NCBI RefSeq assembly: GCF_009914755.1
Contig: NC_060938.1
Source of the DNA: the human T2T-CHM13v2.0 reference genome, Homo sapiens
Length of the DNA stretch: 64,000 nucleotides
Strand: one strand, 5' to 3'
The notes below the pieces were generated by a model, which did not search any database, was not told the DNA's origin, and saw only the letters and a program-made list of their open reading frames with translations. Below, piece after piece: positions 59,497-64,000 of this stretch; positions within the stretch are counted from its first letter, which is position 1; each line of letters opens with the position of its first letter. A program made the position numbers and the translations under genes.

Positions 59497-60024
59497 TACT
59501 TTAATCTTAGTAATAATCTTAGTTATTAAGTATATATTTACTGGGTGCCATTTCATTTTTCTGAAATGGAAAATAAATGCTCTAAAATGCGTATCTATTT
59601 TGATTTCTAATGTGATTGTCAACATTTTTCCTTCCTTCAAATTTGCTTTTAGTCATAGAGGTATTGTAAGTGCTAAATGGATTTGTTTAGCAGTCAGATA
59701 ATGTCACAGTCACACCTTTCAAAAGTAATTTGTCATCAATGTTTTTTTAGCAGTGTTTTTTATTAGGAGTTCTCCTTTGCTAAGCAATGTAATTAGTAAG
59801 CTTGTGAAGGCTTGGGGTAGGCACGATTAATATAGTGCAGATGCTGACAAGGACTTTTAGCCATTTTAACTCAGTAAATATGAGATTAGATCATTTTTCA
59901 ATAATTCATATGTTATAAATGTACTTAATGATACTGAAATGACACTGAACTAAAGTCATAATGACTTTCTGTGTATGTGTTTTGTTTTGTTATTAATATT
60001 AACACAAATTCCATTGTCCCTCAG

Positions 60025-60737
60025 AATGATACCTCCTACGAGCAAAACTTTTCTGGTCAATAATCTGGCTGCTGGAACTATGTATGACTTGTGTGTCTTG
60101 GCCATATATGATGATGGCATCACTTCCCTCACTGCCACAAGAGTCGTGGGTTGCATCCAGTTTACTACGGAACAGGATTATGTGCGTTGCCATTTCATGC
60201 AGTCCCAGTTTTTGGGAGGCACCATGATTATTATTATTGGTGGAATCATTGTAGCATCTGTGCTGGTATTCATCATTATTCTGATGATCCGGTATAAGGT
60301 TTGCAACAATAATGGGCAACACAAGGTCACCAAGGTTAGCAATGTTTATTCCCAAACTAACGGGGCTCAAATACAAGGCTGTAGTGTAACGCTGCCCCAG
60401 TCCGTGTCCAAACAAGCTGTGGGACACGAAGAGAATGCCCAGTGTTGTAAAGCTACCAGTGACAATGTGATTCAATCTTCAGAAACTTGTTCGAGTCAGG
60501 ACTCCTCTACCACTACCTCTGCTTTGCCTCCTTCCTGGACTTCAAGCACTTCTGTGTCCCAAAAGCAGAAAAGAAAGACTGGCACAAAGCCAAGTACAGA
60601 ACCACAGAATGAAGCCGTCACAAATGTTGAATCCCAAAACACTAACAGGAACAACTCAACTGCCTTGCAGTTAGCTAGCCGTCCTCCCGATTCTGTCACA
60701 GAGGGGCCCACGTCTAAAAGAGCACATATAAAGCCAA
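60025..60737 (+). CDS. LRFN5: LRFN5 second coding exon: C-terminal half of FN3, transmembrane helix, cytoplasmic tail to ...RAHIKP
   Basis: Acceptor ccattgtccctcAG at 60023-24. AG|A restores Arg462, then [14 protein letters not shown]...YDLCVLA (FN3) and [24 protein letters not shown]. Consensus donor AA|GTAAGT at 60738. The canonical C-terminal exons are outside the window. Confidence 0.96.
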
Positions 60738-60940
60738 GTAAGTTTATCACTTTGCCTGCTGAGAGATCCGGAGCAAGGCACAAGTACTCCCTCAATGGAG
60801 AATTAAAGGAATACTATTGTTATATTAACTCGCCGAACACATGTGGACTGTTTCCTAAAAGAAGCATGTCTATGAATGTGATGTTTATTCAGTCTGACTG
60901 TTCTGATGGTCATAGTGGAAAGGCAACTCTCAAATTCTGA
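60738..60940 (+). CDS. LRFN5: In-frame read-through extension of the second coding exon (alternative C-terminus, 766-aa product ending ...KATLKF)
   Basis: ORF stays open for 67 codons past the donor in AT-rich DNA and contains the SALM-like tail motif KRSMSMN. Stop TGA at 60938-40. Confidence 0.6.
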
Positions 60941-60965
60941 GGGACTACTGGAAAGCTCTGTGTAA
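60930..60965 (+). pseudogene. Out-of-frame relic of an ancestral SALM PDZ-binding C-terminus ([11 protein letters not shown])
   Basis: TCA AAT TCT GAG GGA CTA CTG GAA AGC TCT GTG TAA in the +1 frame. Resembles the recalled LRFN2 end [11 protein letters not shown]. Confidence 0.75.
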
Positions 60966-61066
60966 TTTATAATTTCTTTTTCATGAAAAATCATTTTGAG
61001 AACTCACATAGAAGATTGGAATTTGCAATTCCAATGCTGTGTATAAATCAACCTTCTCAGGTACAG

Positions 61067-61118
61067 TATATATATATATACATATATAACTATATATATG
61101 TATGTATGTATATGTATA
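61067..61118. repeat. (TA)n/(TATG)n microsatellite
   Basis: Direct inspection. Confidence 0.85.
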
Positions 61119-64000
61119 CTGGAAGGAAACATAAATAAAATGGATAAGGGAAAAAGCATGACATAGCAGCAGTGCCTTTCCCTATTCTAGGACCAACTCC
61201 TAGGACTAGCAACAGCAGATTAAAAAAATGAAAATTGTTGTAGAAAAAAGTATTGCATAAAAAATGATATTTCTCTAATTTTACAAAGGGCCACCTATGG
61301 ATAATTGATATTTTTAATAAGTAGACTGTATATTTTCTTTCAATGGTAATAGTGTTTCCTTTGTTTTTAGGGAAATGTTGTAGAGAACAACTTCATGTTG
61401 CTAAATTATTTAAAATACAATATTCAATTAGTATACCGAGTTAATGTTAAAATTAGTTCACTTCTAAACAACATCCTTGGTGCAGGTGCCTTAATGGTTG
61501 TAAGATATTTCTCCTCTATGATACACCTTTTTCAGTGGAAAGAAGAAAGTGCAATTTATTTCGCATTTATGAAAACTCTAATCAGTTTTCAGTCACAGGC
61601 TACAAATTCCTATGCATCTACATGGACATATGAAGATGTTTTCATTCATTTAATACACATTTTTTGAATGAATGAGTTTTATGTTGTTCTTAATACAAGA
61701 TAAAGAGGGAGACAAACATACAAGACTGCCTTTATCAAAGGGGTGTTTATTTTTATCACCAAGTAAAATTTAAAAACTTCTAATGGTGTTCTCATTATAT
61801 TTATAAGTCATAAAAGTCATTGCTCATTAAGCAGATAGTGGATTTTTTTTTTCCCATTTGCACTATAGTTTTTGCATTTGAATGTTTTCCTTTTAAAGTA
61901 AATGCATTTGCTATTTTAACCAAAAACTGTGATAAATCTAACTAGAAATCATGCTGCTTAGTGAGAATACATAATTTTTTAAAACAGGATTTTAAATTTA
62001 GTAGAAACTAATGTTGCTCCTGGATAATATGGAATTATTAGAAATTTACTGAAATTAAGGTCTATAGATAAATGTTTCTATTCACTCCTTGAAAAACTTA
62101 ATTATATAATAATTTGATGGTGTTCTATTAAAGATCTATAAACAGGTTACCATCAAAGAGGTTTTATTTTGTTTTGTTTTGAGAATAAGGCTCACCTGAG
62201 AACTGACCCATTGCTTTGCACAAAAGAAATGACATTTTAGCCATAATATCATAAGATAGGTACTTTACTATCTTATGTCAAGTACTCTTTGGGAGTAAGT
62301 TAAACACACAGTAAAAGTTTATTAACTTTTTCAGATCAGTTGAAATACCACTTAAGACACAAGTGAGGAATGTGGAATCGTTAATTTCCTTCTGGTAGAA
62401 GCATATACAACAATTTCAGTTACTGTTAACTTGACAAAGCCACATCTTCTGATACACAATGTATCATGATGCCATTCAATAGTATGTAAGATTAAAGTAG
62501 TTAGAGATTACTTTCAGTGCCAGTCTTGAAAATAATTATCCAATGGGCTTTTTTATTTTAGGCGTTTGCTAAATCCCTTCTCTGCCCTGATTCTCTTTCT
62601 AAAAAGTTTACTTTTCACATTTGCAAAGTCTAATTATCCTTCACTGCCCAGTTATTTATTTCGTGTAAGGAATAGATGAGGTCACATGTGGTCGTAGTTT
62701 GCGAAATCAAAAGCAGCACTCAGAGTGAAATATGTTTTCAGTACTATTAATGTAGTAATGCTCTAATTCCAACTAAATATTTTTAATTAACATCAATTGC
62801 CTAATTCCTCAATAGGTGTTGATTTGCAGAAGCATACTACTTTTTCTCTTCTTAGATTTTTCAGCATAGTATTAAAAATATTGAACATACAAAAGCTTGC
62901 AAGACTTAAAGAAATGAATCTTCAAAGACTTTCTGGGATTATGAAGGTTGTGATCAAAGATAAGGATGCTCTGAAATCATGCAACATTAGCAAGGTTAAC
63001 ATATGTACTATAAGTTACTGATGAACTTAGTATTTTCCAGTATTTTTAAAAATCAATTGCCTACTTATGTTTCTAATAAAGTTTGATTAAATATCTTTCA
63101 TTTCTCATAGACATTTAAAATTCCATATTTAATCATATGAGATTTATTTTGTTTGACTAACACCATTGAAAATAATTTAATGTGATTTAATATATTTTTA
63201 ATATGATCATTTTTACAATATTTAAACCAAATGCTTGAACACTTGTTCTTAAAAATGATAGAAAGGTGAGTATCTGGCCTGAGATTTTGCCCTTCAAAAA
63301 GTCTATATTTTGAGAGATTAACAAAAGACTGGCTTATCAAGAAGGTCAAAATTTTTTTGTATTTGTTTATAAACATATGAAGAAATTTTTGCTTAAAGTA
63401 ATTGCAGTGTGAAGTGACTGAAAAGTAAGTCTACAGAAAAGGTGGGAATGATATTACCTATCATGATGTCTGAAACATAATTGTTGCTTAGATGAATGAA
63501 TGAGTAAATGAATAGGTAAATATGGCCATGGAGTAAGGTGTGGAAATAAGAATTTTCATTTGTTAGTACAATACAGATTTGTTATCTAAATATTATATTA
63601 CCATAAGCAACAAATTCTCTGTCCTTTTCTTGTTTTGCTTTCTGTCATTTATTATTTTATTCCTCATTTAAACAGTCATATATATGTGATCTGAAGCATC
63701 TGGTTTGCTGTTTGTTGTTTCTGACTATATGAAGATTATATATACATATATATTATTTTTGCTTCCTCGTTCTTATTTTTCTTTTATTTTTGTCATTTTG
63801 CATTATAGTTTCAGCTTGTTCAATGTGAGAACAAACAAAATAATGTGTTTCCTGTTATGCATGTATTAACGATGTTTACTTCAAACTTTTTTTAAAATTG
63901 TGTTCCTGCATTATTTTTGTCCCTTTTGAATAATTGTCCCCCAATTGAAAATATAAAATTATTATTACAGTAGTGTCATAAAGGGATAATGAAGCATCTA

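Noticed and set aside
59975-60024. N-terminal part ([16 protein letters not shown]) of the 321-aa ORF, which resembles a signal peptide
   Set aside because: It is the intron's pyrimidine tract upstream of the acceptor. The ORF call starts at a non-ATG codon, and the true frame enters by splicing at 60025.
59999-60994. Minus-strand ORFs of 158, 99 and 63 aa
   Set aside because: Antisense shadows of the LRFN5 exon with no recognisable domain.
62114-62157. 9-bp inverted repeat tttgatggt...accatcaaa
   Set aside because: Too short for a miRNA or other structured RNA call, and expected by chance in 64 kb of AT-rich DNA.

Overview
AT-rich, repeat-dense primate genomic DNA, most likely human, from the LRFN5 (SALM5) synaptic adhesion gene on the + strand. 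About the first 55 kb is intronic and filled with Alu, L1, L2, MIR, MaLR/ERV LTRs and DNA transposon relics. Two coding exons follow. The first is 55374-56778 (ATG at 55394; signal peptide, LRRs, Ig domain, first half of FN3). The second is 60025-60737 (rest of FN3, transmembrane helix, cytoplasmic tail). The canonical final exons lie beyond the window. Top finding: past the splice donor at 60738 the reading frame stays open for 67 codons, with a SALM-family tail motif (KRSMSMN). One frameshift away, the sequence reads [11 protein letters not shown]-stop. This looks like a fossil of the ESTV-type PDZ-binding C-terminus that SALM1-3 have and mammalian SALM5 is described as lacking. Other findings: a young AluYd8 inside a tandem duplication, a twin-primed L1, a 27-bp templated insertion at an Alu 5' junction, an ERVL integrase/dUTPase relic, and inverted Alu pairs that could promote coding circRNAs. 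Repeat subfamily names and paralogue sequences are recalled from memory and need RepeatMasker/BLAST confirmation.
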